Positions 41,377 through 53,674 of a stretch of 64,000 nucleotides of DNA are shown here, piece by piece. The notes beneath the pieces are model-generated. The model searched no databases and had not been told where the DNA came from. It saw only the letters and a list, made by a program, of their open reading frames with translations. A program made the translations under genes and the position numbers. Source of the DNA: an uncultured cyanobacterium. Its GTDB lineage: Bacteria; Cyanobacteriota; Cyanobacteriia; PCC-9006; JAAUQQ01. Where the stretch lies: NCBI GenBank assembly GCA_963718615.1, contig OY970368.1, positions 32,001 through 96,000 of the forward strand, in the 5' to 3' direction. Every line of letters starts with the position of its first letter. The stretch's first letter is position 1.

Positions 41377-42321
41377 TTATTCGTCTAAACTATCCCTCCA
41401 CATGGCCGTGCTGAGGTAGCGCTCACCGGCACTGGGTTGAAGGATGACAATTCGTTGGTGGTGATGGTGCGATCGCCGACCGATCTGCAAACCAGCATAA
41501 ACCGCCGCTCCCGTTGAAATACCGCTGAGGATGCCCTCCGCTTGAGCCAACTGCCGTCCTGTCTCATAGGCCTGGGCTTCTGTAACCCTGACAATTTCAT
41601 CAATCAGGTCCATCCGCAAAACATCGGGAATAAATCCAGCACCAATCCCTTGTAAATCATGGAGACCTGCCGCTTCACCGCTCAGCACCGCACTCTTGTC
41701 TGGCTCGACCGCAACAATTTTAAGCTGAGGATTTTGCTGTTTTAAATAGCGTCCAGCGCCCGTGAGGGTTCCACCGGTTCCCACCCCCAGTACCAAGACA
41801 GCCAGTTGTCCATCGGTATCCTGCCAAATTTCAGGACCAGTTTTGTCGTAGTGAATTTTAGGATTAGCTGGGTTGCTAAATTGGTGGGGAGAAAAGGCGT
41901 GGGTTAGGGTTGCGACCAATTGGTTCGCCTGGGCGATCGCCCCCGCCATATCCGCTTCCGCAGGCGTCAGCATCACCTCTGCACCGTAGGCTCGCACAAT
42001 CTGCTGTCGCTCAGGGCTCATATTTTCGGGCATGGTCAGAATCAAACGATAGCCCTTGGCCGCACAGACCATGGCCAGCCCAATGCCGGTATTTCCCGAG
42101 GTTGCCTCCACAATGGTAGAGACCCCAGGTTGAATCAGCCCTACCTTTTCAGCCTCCAGCATCATGCTGACAGCAATGCGGTCTTTGACGGATTTGGCCG
42201 GATTCAGACCTTCCAATTTCAGGACAATCTCGGCAACACAGTTCCATCGTTGGGGGAGGCGTTGCAGTCGAACGAGCGGTGTATGGCCAATGACTTCGGT
42301 AATGCTCGCGTAGGTTTTCAT
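41377..42321 (-). CDS. cysK: Cysteine synthase A
   Basis: NPAKSVKDR, ATSGNTG, GVGTGGT, QGIGAGF, GERYLST. Confidence 0.92.
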   Translation of the reverse strand: MKTYASITEVIGHTPLVRLQRLPQRWNCVAEIVLKLEGLNPAKSVKDRIAVSMMLEAEKVGLIQPGVSTIVEATSGNTGIGLAMVCAAKGYRLILTMPENMSPERQQIVRAYGAEVMLTPAEADMAGAIAQANQLVATLTHAFSPHQFSNPANPKIHYDKTGPEIWQDTDGQLAVLVLGVGTGGTLTGAGRYLKQQNPQLKIVAVEPDKSAVLSGEAAGLHDLQGIGAGFIPDVLRMDLIDEIVRVTEAQAYETGRQLAQAEGILSGISTGAAVYAGLQIGRRSHHHHQRIVILQPSAGERYLSTAMWRDSLDE

Positions 42322-42352
42322 AGGATCACGTTTCAGGACAATGAAATCTTTC

Positions 42353-44989
42353 CTAAGCCAGGAGCCAGAAGCACATGCCCGTAAGCCCGCTCAATAAAAG
42401 TAAATGGGGCAAATTGCTGACCCAATTACGTTGGGTGATGCGCAGTAGGGGATAGAAGCTGAAGACAAGCGCCGATAAGAGCGTCAGACCCTGAAGAAAT
42501 TCGGCAACCTCCCCACTCCAGGTGAGGGTGGGTAAGCCAGCACCGCTATGGCCCAAAGTTCTCGCCAAAACAGGGAGAATCTGCCCCGCTTCCGTCATGG
42601 CCGCAGGGATGTAATGGGCTAAGTTTGCAGCCAAGGTGAAGGGCAAATAGGCGTAGATAACGGTGAGGTAATTCGGTTGCTGCGGATCGAGGGCACGGGC
42701 GATCCCATGGGTTGCATAGGTCAAGACTGCCGGAATACCGAGGAGCACCAGGGCGATGGGAACGCTAATTCGCCAGTGCTCGGCATCCAGAGGCAGTAAC
42801 CCAGATCCCCCGACCCTCTCAAGCATCCTTTGAGCATGATGCAGAAACACCCCGCCCAAAAGCAGCAACAATAACGCCACTTCGGCCCCAAAGCCCCGGT
42901 GATGGTCTAGCAAGTCCACGGTAGGAAACCGCAGATTAAGCTGCACTGAACGATGGGGACAGGCTTTCAGGCAGGTCATACAGAGCACACAGTCCCGGTT
43001 ATCTTGCAATTGGGCAGGATGGGAATACAGCGGACATCCGCCCGTGGCTTGTCCTTCCGTGGACAGCGCATCGTCAAAGGTGACAGGGGTTGCACCACTG
43101 CCTTTGTAACAGCCAAAGGTACTACACTGGCTCCCACATACTTGTTGGGTCGATCGCAATTCGATCATGGCGAGCTTGGCAAACATGCCATTCATGCCGC
43201 CAATGGGACAAAGATACCGACACCAAAGCCGTCGCTCATAGATCAGGCTACAAACCACTGCCCCAGCCGTAATGATCAAAAGTAACCAGGCGGAGAGAAC
43301 CGCATGATGGGGCAAATCCCACAACTTTTCCCACAGATAAATCGCCAGAAAACCAACGAACAAAATCCAGGCTCCCCAGCGATTCAACCCTTGTGTATTC
43401 CAAGCCAGTTGCTGGCGCGGAAATAACCGGAGGGACAGGCGGCGAATCCATTCTGCCGTGATCATAAAAGGACAAACCGCACACCAAAGCCGCCCCACAA
43501 ACACAAAGAGAAACAAATAACCAGGCCACCACCAGGCCCAAAATAAATTGAGCGTCACACTACTGTCTCGGGTTTGAGGTCCGAGGAAGCCTGCGATCGT
43601 AACCGGTACAAAAAACGCCATCATCGCAATCCAGATCCCCTCTGGATACCAGCGACTGAGTAACAGTTGCCGCAACCCAGGAATCTGGGTCAGCAGATCA
43701 ATCCGGAACGCATTTCTAGTGGACTGCACCGACCATAGCGCTTGTTCTGAGATGACAGATTGTTCCCGTGGGGTCATGATGACCGCTCGGTGAAGAATTT
43801 CTGCCAATTCTGTAAAGTTACCGGGGTAATCGTAGCTGAGCAATCGACGCAGATCAGCTTGATCAAGCTGCAACAGGGGACGATTCTGTTCTCGGCAAAA
43901 CCGGGTTAAGAAATAGCGGGAAAATTCTGGAATATCTCCCTTCCGTTGGGGTAAAGAAAAGAGCTTAATCGTCAGAGGATTCAGGCCAGCGAATTCTAGT
44001 TTTTTGGATGAAGCGAGAATCAGACGCACCCAGGATTGAATCGGCTGAGGGGGATCTGTCGCCAGCTCTGTTTTGCCCGCTAGAATGCCATGATTGGGCA
44101 AAATCCAGCCGGTTTTTAGGTAATGCATTAACCGAGTTCGGTCATTTTCACTCAGCACCTGCACATTATCGAGCAATAACGTACCCCGTTCTAAGAGTTC
44201 GAGAATCCCTGCCTGTTGACCGACTCGACCAAACAAGGCATCGGTATTCAATCGACCATCCTCGGCACGCGGTAAATTCGCACAGTTCATTTCGGCAAAG
44301 GGGTGGGAAGCCAGTCCAGAATGGGCATGGATTAAACCGGCCAAGAAGGTCTTCCCGCTACCAGACGGCCCTTGAAAAATAACGGCATTGAGCTGAGTTG
44401 AAGCCTGCTGAATCTGGGTTGCAAGTTTTTGTGCCGCCTTACTTCTACCCAGAATAGTTGTCTCACTGGGGATGGGCTGAATATAGGACTGCAATCCTTG
44501 AATCCGCACCTGCTCCCAGGCGATGCGGGCCATGTACTCATGTAAATCTTGCGAAAGCTGGGACTGAATGGTCTGCTGAAGCAAGGGGTATTCAGCAATT
44601 AACCTCTGAAATACAGCCCTGGGAAGAAACCAAATTTCACAAGGGGTTAGGGCGATCGCATTGGTTTGATAAGGACCCTCCATGGCACTTGCCACCAGCG
44701 TATAGCCAAACAAATCTCCGGCATTACGATAGCGAATAAGCAGTTGACCAATGGGCGATCGCCGAAAAATCTCCACCGTCCCCCATTTCAGTAGATACAG
44801 CCCAGTGGGGGTTTGTCCCTCTTGGTAAACCAAGGTTTGGGGGGGAACTCGAAAGTAATGCAAGGACTGGGCGATCGCCCGCAACACCTCTTCGGGTAAC
44901 TGTCCCCAGACTCGGTGAAAACTTAACCAATCTCGACTCTCATCTATTCCCTGATTTGGGTTGGTCTCGGGGGAAGCAACCGCTGGCAT
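42353..44989 (-). CDS. cNMP-binding + sigma54-type AAA-like + membrane 4Fe-4S (NapH/MauN-like) fusion protein
   Basis: cNMP domain, GPSGSGKT, YDYPGN, FWAWWW, WCAVCP, WCRYLCP, CVLCMTCLKACP. Confidence 0.85.
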   Translation of the reverse strand: MPAVASPETNPNQGIDESRDWLSFHRVWGQLPEEVLRAIAQSLHYFRVPPQTLVYQEGQTPTGLYLLKWGTVEIFRRSPIGQLLIRYRNAGDLFGYTLVASAMEGPYQTNAIALTPCEIWFLPRAVFQRLIAEYPLLQQTIQSQLSQDLHEYMARIAWEQVRIQGLQSYIQPIPSETTILGRSKAAQKLATQIQQASTQLNAVIFQGPSGSGKTFLAGLIHAHSGLASHPFAEMNCANLPRAEDGRLNTDALFGRVGQQAGILELLERGTLLLDNVQVLSENDRTRLMHYLKTGWILPNHGILAGKTELATDPPQPIQSWVRLILASSKKLEFAGLNPLTIKLFSLPQRKGDIPEFSRYFLTRFCREQNRPLLQLDQADLRRLLSYDYPGNFTELAEILHRAVIMTPREQSVISEQALWSVQSTRNAFRIDLLTQIPGLRQLLLSRWYPEGIWIAMMAFFVPVTIAGFLGPQTRDSSVTLNLFWAWWWPGYLFLFVFVGRLWCAVCPFMITAEWIRRLSLRLFPRQQLAWNTQGLNRWGAWILFVGFLAIYLWEKLWDLPHHAVLSAWLLLIITAGAVVCSLIYERRLWCRYLCPIGGMNGMFAKLAMIELRSTQQVCGSQCSTFGCYKGSGATPVTFDDALSTEGQATGGCPLYSHPAQLQDNRDCVLCMTCLKACPHRSVQLNLRFPTVDLLDHHRGFGAEVALLLLLLGGVFLHHAQRMLERVGGSGLLPLDAEHWRISVPIALVLLGIPAVLTYATHGIARALDPQQPNYLTVIYAYLPFTLAANLAHYIPAAMTEAGQILPVLARTLGHSGAGLPTLTWSGEVAEFLQGLTLLSALVFSFYPLLRITQRNWVSNLPHLLLLSGLTGMCFWLLA

Positions 44990-45108
44990 CAACGGTAAAG
45001 GCTGGTCTGCACCCGCCCCATTCGATGGAGCTTGCAGGGAAAGGGTGACATCCGTTGCGTCATTCACTGCGATAGAGTCCGTTTTGATACAGCCATAACG
45101 ATCGTGGC

Positions 45109-45711
45109 CTAAACTTCCTGCTGACGCGCCTGCAAAATTTTCCACAGCACCGCCGAAAAAATATTCGCCACAATATGCGCTACCACCGGGACCAGTAAAT
45201 TGCCGGTGAGCAGGGCGATCGCCCCAAATCCACATCCCACCACAGTTGCCCAAACCGCATAGGGCCACTGACTACGGCCACTCATATGCAAAACCCCAAA
45301 GCTCATCCCCGACAGGACCACGGCCCAGCCATTGTTGCCAAAACTCGGCAGCATAATCCCTCGAAATAGCAGCTCCTCGCTCAGCCCAGGCAACAACCCC
45401 AGCCAGAGCAAATCCAGCCACTGTAACGGTTGAAGCACCAAACTCAAGTAGGTTTTTGCACTCGTACGATAGGCAGGCCAAGCGTAATACAGCAACAGAC
45501 TCAGGCAGCTAATCCCCACTCCCAGTAGACTGCCCAACAGCAGCGCGCCGGCGCTCAGAGACCAATTAAACAAGGGCATATTTGCCCACCACTGCCAGCC
45601 TTTCGCAATGACCAACAAAAGCAGCGCTGTAATCGCCATGCCAACGAGAATTTGAGCACGGCTGAGGGGAGAGGGATCAGAATTAGAGGGTCTAAGGTCG
45701 GGATCGGTCAC
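45109..45711 (-). CDS. CPBP-family intramembrane metalloprotease
   Basis: SEELLFRG, FGVLH, VVAH..N. Start inferred at GTG 45711. Confidence 0.88.
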   Translation of the reverse strand: MTDPDLRPSNSDPSPLSRAQILVGMAITALLLLVIAKGWQWWANMPLFNWSLSAGALLLGSLLGVGISCLSLLLYYAWPAYRTSAKTYLSLVLQPLQWLDLLWLGLLPGLSEELLFRGIMLPSFGNNGWAVVLSGMSFGVLHMSGRSQWPYAVWATVVGCGFGAIALLTGNLLVPVVAHIVANIFSAVLWKILQARQQEV

Positions 45712-46790
45712 AGGATTGGAGGAGGAGGAGAGCTGCAGGACAGGGGTCGGCTTTGAATTGCGTGGGTAGAAAGGGCCATGGGATTGACCCCGGCGCGATC
45801 GCTCACGATCACACCAATGGCCTCCCAATAGGAGCGTACCCGCAGCACCTGCAAACCCAGCGGTTCCGGCGGAACGTCCAGGGTTGTCCGATTGTCTTCA
45901 ACGGCGATGATGCGAGTGGGGCGATCGCCCCAGCTCAGGACCGCACTTCCCCCACAGGCACTCGCAGGCACCACCAAAGCATCCACTTGATCGGCCTTGA
46001 TTCCAGCATTGGCAGTGGCCGAACCATAACGCGGCGCTTGGCTCAACCCCACCAACACACAGGGCAAAAAGGTATAACCCAATTCCTCTGCCGCAGCCCG
46101 TGGCGACAGTTGGGAATCTAGGGGCAAGGGTTGGAGCGCTGGCGCATGGGCACAGGGGATTTGAAATCGCTGAACCACCAAATGGCTAATCACAGCTTCG
46201 GCCCCGGCCAGGGCATCGACACCTTGGCCTTGACGATACTGCTGGAGGGCTTCACTCTCGGGATCATCGGGGAAGCGAGCGACGATGGCGATCGCCTCCG
46301 CCCCTGCCTGCTGGATCAAGGTATCCACCGCCCGCAGTAAACTATCCGGTCGTTCAATCGTTCCCCAGGAAGCCCCTGTGGTCGAGCGTTTGAGCGTCAC
46401 GCCCAGGGGTTGATCCGTCACCACATAATCCGCGATTTCTAAACCCAGCGTGGCTCGGGCAGCATCCACCGATTGCAGCTGACGCAGCCGGAGATCGGCT
46501 TCGATGCCTTGATCCAGCACCAAACCAATGCGATTGCGATGAACCGGCTGCAACGACCAATGGCCCGCAGCAAATTGATCTAGGGCGTACCCCTCAACAT
46601 AGAAAATTTTGGGATCAGGCCAATAAAGCTGTGCACCATTGAGCACATTAGGATGGGTAATGAGGCAGTCCACCGCAGCGGCCAGCGCTCGTGCGACCGG
46701 CAGCGCATCCCCCGCATAGCCACCGATCGCACAACCAATACCAGTTGGCACGATCAAAGCTGCACAATAGGGACGCCGCGATACACCCAC
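45708..46790 (-). CDS. DUF3326 family protein
   Basis: IVPTGIGCAIGGYAGDA, THPNVLNGA, GAEAVISH, PCAHAPA. Confidence 0.9.
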   Translation of the reverse strand: MGVSRRPYCAALIVPTGIGCAIGGYAGDALPVARALAAAVDCLITHPNVLNGAQLYWPDPKIFYVEGYALDQFAAGHWSLQPVHRNRIGLVLDQGIEADLRLRQLQSVDAARATLGLEIADYVVTDQPLGVTLKRSTTGASWGTIERPDSLLRAVDTLIQQAGAEAIAIVARFPDDPESEALQQYRQGQGVDALAGAEAVISHLVVQRFQIPCAHAPALQPLPLDSQLSPRAAAEELGYTFLPCVLVGLSQAPRYGSATANAGIKADQVDALVVPASACGGSAVLSWGDRPTRIIAVEDNRTTLDVPPEPLGLQVLRVRSYWEAIGVIVSDRAGVNPMALSTHAIQSRPLSCSSPPPPIL

Positions 46791-46898
46791 AATTCAATCG
46801 ACTGAATTTAATTCTTCATGACAAAAGTCATGAATTCTGCTTCAGTTTATCTCTAATTTTCAAAGATTGTCAGGAGTTGATAAAACTCCTTAAAGTCG

Positions 46899-47078
46899 TC
46901 AGGTTGAAACTGTCACGATCGCTTCAACTTCGATCTGATTAACATCGGGCTGAATTCGCGTAATTGCCCATCGCAAGGGTGATCCCCACTGAGACAGAGC
47001 CTGCTCGATCGCCCGTCGAGTGGCAGCGGGAGAGGACTGAATCGGGATCGAGAGGCTCACAAATTGAGTTTTTAGCAT
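46899..47078 (-). CDS. Small conserved cyanobacterial hypothetical protein (59 aa, absent from the ORF track)
   Basis: Hand translation MLKTQFVSLSIPIQSSPAATRRAIEQALSQWGSPLRWAITRIQPDVNQIEVEAIVTVST; the G-x-P-L-R-W-A-I..VEA motif is recognised from cyanobacterial small proteins. Confidence 0.7.
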   Translation of the reverse strand: MLKTQFVSLSIPIQSSPAATRRAIEQALSQWGSPLRWAITRIQPDVNQIEVEAIVTVST

Positions 47079-47132
47079 TTTGCATCGCCTGAAATCTGGC
47101 TTTCACCTTGACCAGCCCACTCATCAAAATCT

Positions 47133-47456
47133 CTAATTTTGAAATTGGCCAAACTGCAATTCATAGAGCCGATCCTCTTGGCCCGCTTCAATCTTCAAAT
47201 CGGAACGGGGATAGGACACACACAACAGGGCAAATCCCTGCTGCTGCAACTCAGGACTCACGCCCATGGCATCCGGTTGTGCCAATTCCCCTGAGATAAT
47301 CTTGGCCGCACAAGTTGTACAAACCCCTGCCATGCAAGAGTTAGGAAGCTCAAGCCCCGCTTCGCCAGCCGCCGCCAAAATCGTTTGATCCTCACGGGCC
47401 GAAAAGACTTGAGACGTCCCCTGGTAGGACACTTCGACAGAATAGGTGTTTGCCAT
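47133..47456 (-). CDS. 2Fe-2S ferredoxin
   Basis: SCMAGVCTTCA...LLCVSYPRSD. Confidence 0.93.
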   Translation of the reverse strand: MANTYSVEVSYQGTSQVFSAREDQTILAAAGEAGLELPNSCMAGVCTTCAAKIISGELAQPDAMGVSPELQQQGFALLCVSYPRSDLKIEAGQEDRLYELQFGQFQN

Positions 47457-47515
47457 GATTGAATGTTAAGAAAGCAACGAGATACTAAACGGACTAAACA
47501 AAAGCTTAAACGCAT

Positions 47516-47543
47516 AAAACCCGTCCTAGAGAACGGGTTTTTT
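47516..47543. terminator. Intrinsic terminator downstream of the atp operon
   Basis: AAAACCCGT-CCTAGAGA-ACGGGTTTTTT. Confidence 0.75.
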
Positions 47544-47580
47544 ATACAAAAACTCAGGAAACAAGCTAGGGCTTTAGACC

Positions 47581-48534
47581 CTAACCCGCCAAGGCTTCTG
47601 CACCAGCAACCACTTCTAAGAGTTCTTGGGTAATGGCAGCCTGACGGGCTTTGTTGTAAACCAAGGTCAGGGTTTTGAGCAGTTCGCTAGCATTATCGCT
47701 AGCGTTGTTCATGGCCGTCATCCGAGCCGCAAGTTCACTGGCCGCCGATTCTTGCAACGCCCGTAAAATTTGGTTGTTGAGATAGAGCGGCAGTAGCGCA
47801 TTCAGAATCTGTTCGGGATCCTGTTCAAAAATCATGTCGCGGGGAAGTTCAGAGAATTCCGCTGGAGCAGCTTGCGATCGCTCCACCGCAAAGTTTCCCC
47901 CACGGGTCGTCAACCGAAAGATCTCGTCATCCTGGGCTTCCAAACCTTGGCGATCCAGAGGCAAAAGCGTTTGCACTACCGGACGAGAGGCTACAAGGGA
48001 AACAAACTTGGTGTAAACCAACTCGACCCGATCGACCTTCTCTGAAAGAAACAAAGACAGTAGCTCGTCGGCAATCATCGAGGCTTCTGAGGCAATTGGC
48101 ACCTGTTCCAAACCAACATAGTCGGCTGAAATCGGTTGCTCCCGGCGCTTAAAATACTGACCGGCTTTACGACCCACTAAAACGTAGGTGTAATCTAGGC
48201 CAGTGGCTTTTAGCTCTTTGGCACGGTTTTCAGCGCGACGGATGACGTTGGTGTTGTAGGCTCCGCAGAGACCGCGATCGCCCGAAATCACCAACAAACC
48301 GACGGTTTTGACCTCACGCTGCTGCATCAGCGGCGCATCAACACTTTCAAATTTCAATCGACTTTGCAGGCCATGCAAGACCTGGGCCAGACGATCGGCG
48401 AAGGGACGGGTATTTAGCACCTGCTCCTGGGCGCGGCGAACCTTTGCCGCAGCAACCAGACGCATGGCTTCTGTAATTTTCCGAGTATTTTTGACCGACT
48501 TAATACGGTCACGAATGGCTTTGAGGTTAGGCAT
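47581..48534 (-). CDS. atpG: ATP synthase F1 gamma subunit (cyanobacterial atpC)
   Basis: [32 protein letters not shown]. Confidence 0.97.
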   Translation of the reverse strand: MPNLKAIRDRIKSVKNTRKITEAMRLVAAAKVRRAQEQVLNTRPFADRLAQVLHGLQSRLKFESVDAPLMQQREVKTVGLLVISGDRGLCGAYNTNVIRRAENRAKELKATGLDYTYVLVGRKAGQYFKRREQPISADYVGLEQVPIASEASMIADELLSLFLSEKVDRVELVYTKFVSLVASRPVVQTLLPLDRQGLEAQDDEIFRLTTRGGNFAVERSQAAPAEFSELPRDMIFEQDPEQILNALLPLYLNNQILRALQESAASELAARMTAMNNASDNASELLKTLTLVYNKARQAAITQELLEVVAGAEALAG

Positions 48535-48607
48535 GGCTGCTCGACCAATTCAGGGTGTAGAAGTGCATTTTAGTGCCCCCCTAAGAACGGGGGGCTAAGG
48601 GACTGGA

Positions 48608-50137
<1,530 letters not shown>

Positions 50138-50202
50138 CTAGAGGTTTACTGGAGGTTTACTGAGGAATCGTGGCTTTTAAAGAACTAGGGGGCAGGCCAA
50201 CG

Positions 50203-50757
50203 CTACGCGCGACTCAAATCAACGGCAAGGCGACGGAGCTGACCGCGCAGGCTCGCATCTACCACCTGAGAACCCACTTTGATAACGACGCCGCCGATGA
50301 GCTCTGGATCAACGCGGGTTTCTAGCTCAACCGCTTCGACGTTCATCATGGCTTTGACGCGATTAACCACCGACTGCCGCTGCTCATCATTGAGCTCAAC
50401 CGCCGATGTGACCTCTGCTAAGGCAATCTGCTTGAGCGTCCGCAACAGCTCGCGGTATCGCTTACAGATGCCAGACAGGAAAGGAATGCGCTGGCGATCG
50501 ACAAGCAGCATCAGGAAGTTCATCACATAGCTGTGAACCTCATTGCCAAAGATCTGATTCAAAACCGCCTTTTTCTGAGCCCCTGCATGGATGGGACTTC
50601 CCAAAAAGGCAGATAGCTCCGGCGATGCTTCCAGCGTCGAAAGCACACCCGCCGCATCTTGACCAAACCGATCGGCTAAATCATGGGCTTGAGCCAGAGA
50701 CATGAGCGCCTCTGCATAGGGCTCAACGACCTCAGCCATTGCCGCACTTCCTTTCAT
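50203..50757 (-). CDS. atpH: ATP synthase delta subunit (cyanobacterial atpD)
   Basis: PYAEAL, LIGGVVIKVGSQVVDAS. Confidence 0.95.
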   Translation of the reverse strand: MKGSAAMAEVVEPYAEALMSLAQAHDLADRFGQDAAGVLSTLEASPELSAFLGSPIHAGAQKKAVLNQIFGNEVHSYVMNFLMLLVDRQRIPFLSGICKRYRELLRTLKQIALAEVTSAVELNDEQRQSVVNRVKAMMNVEAVELETRVDPELIGGVVIKVGSQVVDASLRGQLRRLAVDLSRA

Positions 50758-50759
50758 CC

Positions 50760-51290
50760 TTATCCTCCTAAAACCGCGATCGAGCGATCAATAAGCGTTT
50801 TCTGGGTCGCTTCATCAAGACGGCCTGAGAGCTCCGAACGAACCTTGTCCAGCGCTTGGTTGACCACCCGCTGACGCAGCTCAGCGATCACCCGCTCCTG
50901 CTCAGCACCCAAATCCGCAGCGGCTGAAGCTTTCATCCGCTCTACGTCTTTTTCGGCCTGGACTAAAATGGCCTGCCGTGAGGCCTTGGAGCGCTCCTGG
51001 GCCTCAGCCAAAATGCGTTCGGCTTCAGCCTTCGCATCTGCAACCTTCTGCTTCTGCTCCCCTAAAGCCATTTCAGCCTTAGACAGCCGAGCTTCCACAT
51101 CCTTAATTTCACTTTCAATACCAGTCCTACGCTCAGCCAAATTGGCTTTCAAAACCTTTGACAAGGCGTAGTAAACCACACCAATCACAACCGCAAGGTT
51201 GATAATGTTGGTTTCTAAAAGATTGAAATTAAAAGCAATACCGCCCTCGCCATGGCTAGCTTCCGTCGCCAGCAATATCAACGTTCCCAT
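50760..51290 (-). CDS. atpF: ATP synthase F0 subunit b
   Basis: NLLETNIINL; operon position. Confidence 0.95.
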   Translation of the reverse strand: MGTLILLATEASHGEGGIAFNFNLLETNIINLAVVIGVVYYALSKVLKANLAERRTGIESEIKDVEARLSKAEMALGEQKQKVADAKAEAERILAEAQERSKASRQAILVQAEKDVERMKASAAADLGAEQERVIAELRQRVVNQALDKVRSELSGRLDEATQKTLIDRSIAVLGG

Positions 51291-51328
51291 GATGGTGTTC
51301 CCAAAACCTGCGCACATTCGATGATGGC

Positions 51329-51754
51329 TCAGCCTGCCGTACTCAGAAGCTTTTCAACAATCTGATTACTTAGCTGATCAACCTGTTGCTCTAACACAGC
51401 CATTGCAGACTGTTTTTGCTGATCGATCTCCTGTTGGGCAGCCTCACGCTGACGCTGGGCTTCCTGCTGGGCTTCGGCCAACTGCGATGCAGCCAGCTTT
51501 TGAGCTTCAGCCTGGGCCTCAGCGACAATGCTCTGGGCCTGCTTACGAGTCTCGGTTAACTCAGCCTCATATTCAGCTGCCATTTGCTTTGACCGGTCTA
51601 AACGCTCTTGGGCACCCAAACGAGTGGAGCGCACATACTCACTGCGGTCATCAAGGGTTTTACCCAAAGGCTGATAAAAGACTTTATCAAGCACGAAAAC
51701 CAACAGCAAAAATTGGACCGCCATCAAAGGAAGCGTGGCATCAAAATCAAACAT
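51329..51754 (-). CDS. atpF2: ATP synthase F0 subunit b' (cyanobacterial atpG)
   Basis: [15 protein letters not shown]. Confidence 0.93.
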   Translation of the reverse strand: MFDFDATLPLMAVQFLLLVFVLDKVFYQPLGKTLDDRSEYVRSTRLGAQERLDRSKQMAAEYEAELTETRKQAQSIVAEAQAEAQKLAASQLAEAQQEAQRQREAAQQEIDQQKQSAMAVLEQQVDQLSNQIVEKLLSTAG

Positions 51755-51900
51755 TTCAAGCCTCCTCGATTCAGGGTCTGATGGAGGCGTGCAGACAGAA
51801 ATTAATAAGCTTTGCATCAATAACAATTGAGTTATTAGCAGCTTCAGTTACACTTCTGCGCACACCTCATTGCATTAAATAGGTAACCGATGCAAACAGC

Positions 51901-52185
<285 letters not shown>

Positions 52186-52234
52186 TTACACAAGCGTGAA
52201 TCCATCTAAAACTCACGCAGTTTGAAGCAAGACT

Positions 52235-52987
52235 CTAGTGGTCTTCTTCCCCATGGCCCTCTAGGGCTTCGTGGATGTAGGCACCGGCTAGGGTGGCAAA
52301 CACAAGGGCCTGAATTGCACTGGTAAAGAGACCCAGCATCATCACAGGCACGGGCACAAAGAGAGGCACCAGCAAGACGAGAACCGCAACTACGAGTTCG
52401 TCTGCCAGAATGTTTCCGAATAAACGGAAGCTCAGGGAAAGAGGTTTGGTAAAGTCCTCAAGGATTGCGATGGGCAATAGGATTGGGGTCGGCTCAATAT
52501 ACTTAGAGAAGTATCCCAGTCCCCGCTTTTTGAACCCGGCATAAAAATAAGCCAGGGACGTCAGCAGCGCCAACGCAACGGTGGTATTGATGTCGCCTGT
52601 GGGAGCCGCCAATTCACCCTCGGGAAGCTCGATGACCTTCCAGGGGAGTAGAGCGCCAGACCAGTTCGAGACAAAGATAAACAAAAACAAGGTACCAATA
52701 AACGGGACCCAGGGGCGATATTCTTTCTCGCCCAGTTGGTTCTTTGCCAGATTCCGAATGAACTCCAAAACATACTCCATGAAGTTTTGGAGGCCACTGG
52801 GAACGAGTTGGCGATCGCGACTAGCCAACAACGAAGCAATCAGTAACAGCCCAATCACAAACCAAGAGGTTAAAAACACCTGGCCGTGAACTTTGAGGTT
52901 ACCGATATTCCAGTAGAAGTGGTGACCGACCTCTAGCTCAGCTAGAGGCAAAAATCCAGAAAAAGTCAAGAGATTTGGCATCATCAT
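52235..52987 (-). CDS. atpB: ATP synthase F0 subunit a
   Basis: [20 protein letters not shown]. Confidence 0.97.
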   Translation of the reverse strand: MMMPNLLTFSGFLPLAELEVGHHFYWNIGNLKVHGQVFLTSWFVIGLLLIASLLASRDRQLVPSGLQNFMEYVLEFIRNLAKNQLGEKEYRPWVPFIGTLFLFIFVSNWSGALLPWKVIELPEGELAAPTGDINTTVALALLTSLAYFYAGFKKRGLGYFSKYIEPTPILLPIAILEDFTKPLSLSFRLFGNILADELVVAVLVLLVPLFVPVPVMMLGLFTSAIQALVFATLAGAYIHEALEGHGEEDH

Positions 52988-53053
52988 AGTCGCATTTGCG
53001 CCGCGGCAATGAAGACATGAAATCGCAAACCGGAAAGCGAATTTGCGCGCAAT

Positions 53054-53503
53054 CTAACGCAAAAGCGTGATTCGGAAGGTGTAGTAGAGGATGGCCAGTT
53101 TATAGGTCAAAAATCCGAGAAACACGGGCAACAACTGAAGTTGATCCCAGCGCGCCGCGATCACAATTAAGACCACAAAGAGTGCTAAATGAGATTTTCC
53201 CAGTTGTTGACCGGGACCTAGCTCTTCAACGCCCTTGGCAAGCCTCCTAAAATAGAGCATCCCGCCGACCGCCCCAAACAGGTAGCTCAGGGCAACATTG
53301 AGGTCGTAAAACCACCAAACGGAGCCAAATACAACCCCAGAAATCACAAGGGTTGCCAGCAAGAGTTCTTGCCGCAACTGATAGAAATCGTCCATGGCAC
53401 TGCTAGATTCTGAAGAATCTGGTAAGTCAGACGCAAGATCTGCTTGCAAAGCCTCGGATTCATTCGCCGCAGCTGATGGCAGAGAATTCTCGGGGGAAGT
53501 CAC
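53054..53503 (-). CDS. atpI: ATP synthase protein I (atp1)
   Basis: First gene of the operon; SMxxFYQL-like segment and FLGFLTYK. Confidence 0.88.
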   Translation of the reverse strand: MTSPENSLPSAAANESEALQADLASDLPDSSESSSAMDDFYQLRQELLLATLVISGVVFGSVWWFYDLNVALSYLFGAVGGMLYFRRLAKGVEELGPGQQLGKSHLALFVVLIVIAARWDQLQLLPVFLGFLTYKLAILYYTFRITLLR

Positions 53504-53674
53504 AACTGCTCCAAAACCCTAGTCATGGACTAGGTAGATATGCATATTCAGGCCATGGGCAATGATATCACGCGAGGGTAACAATCCTTCATGAAAACTC
53601 AGCAGGGGAAAAGTCTGACGGGGGAACGGTTTTACCCCTAGTTTTACGGCAGTGGGGAATGCTCGCAGGGATGG

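Noticed and set aside
42353-45268. Sigma54-dependent activator, and the 971-aa extended start
   Set aside because: No GAFTGA motif or HTH. The extension overlaps the CPBP gene, so a start near 44989 is preferred.
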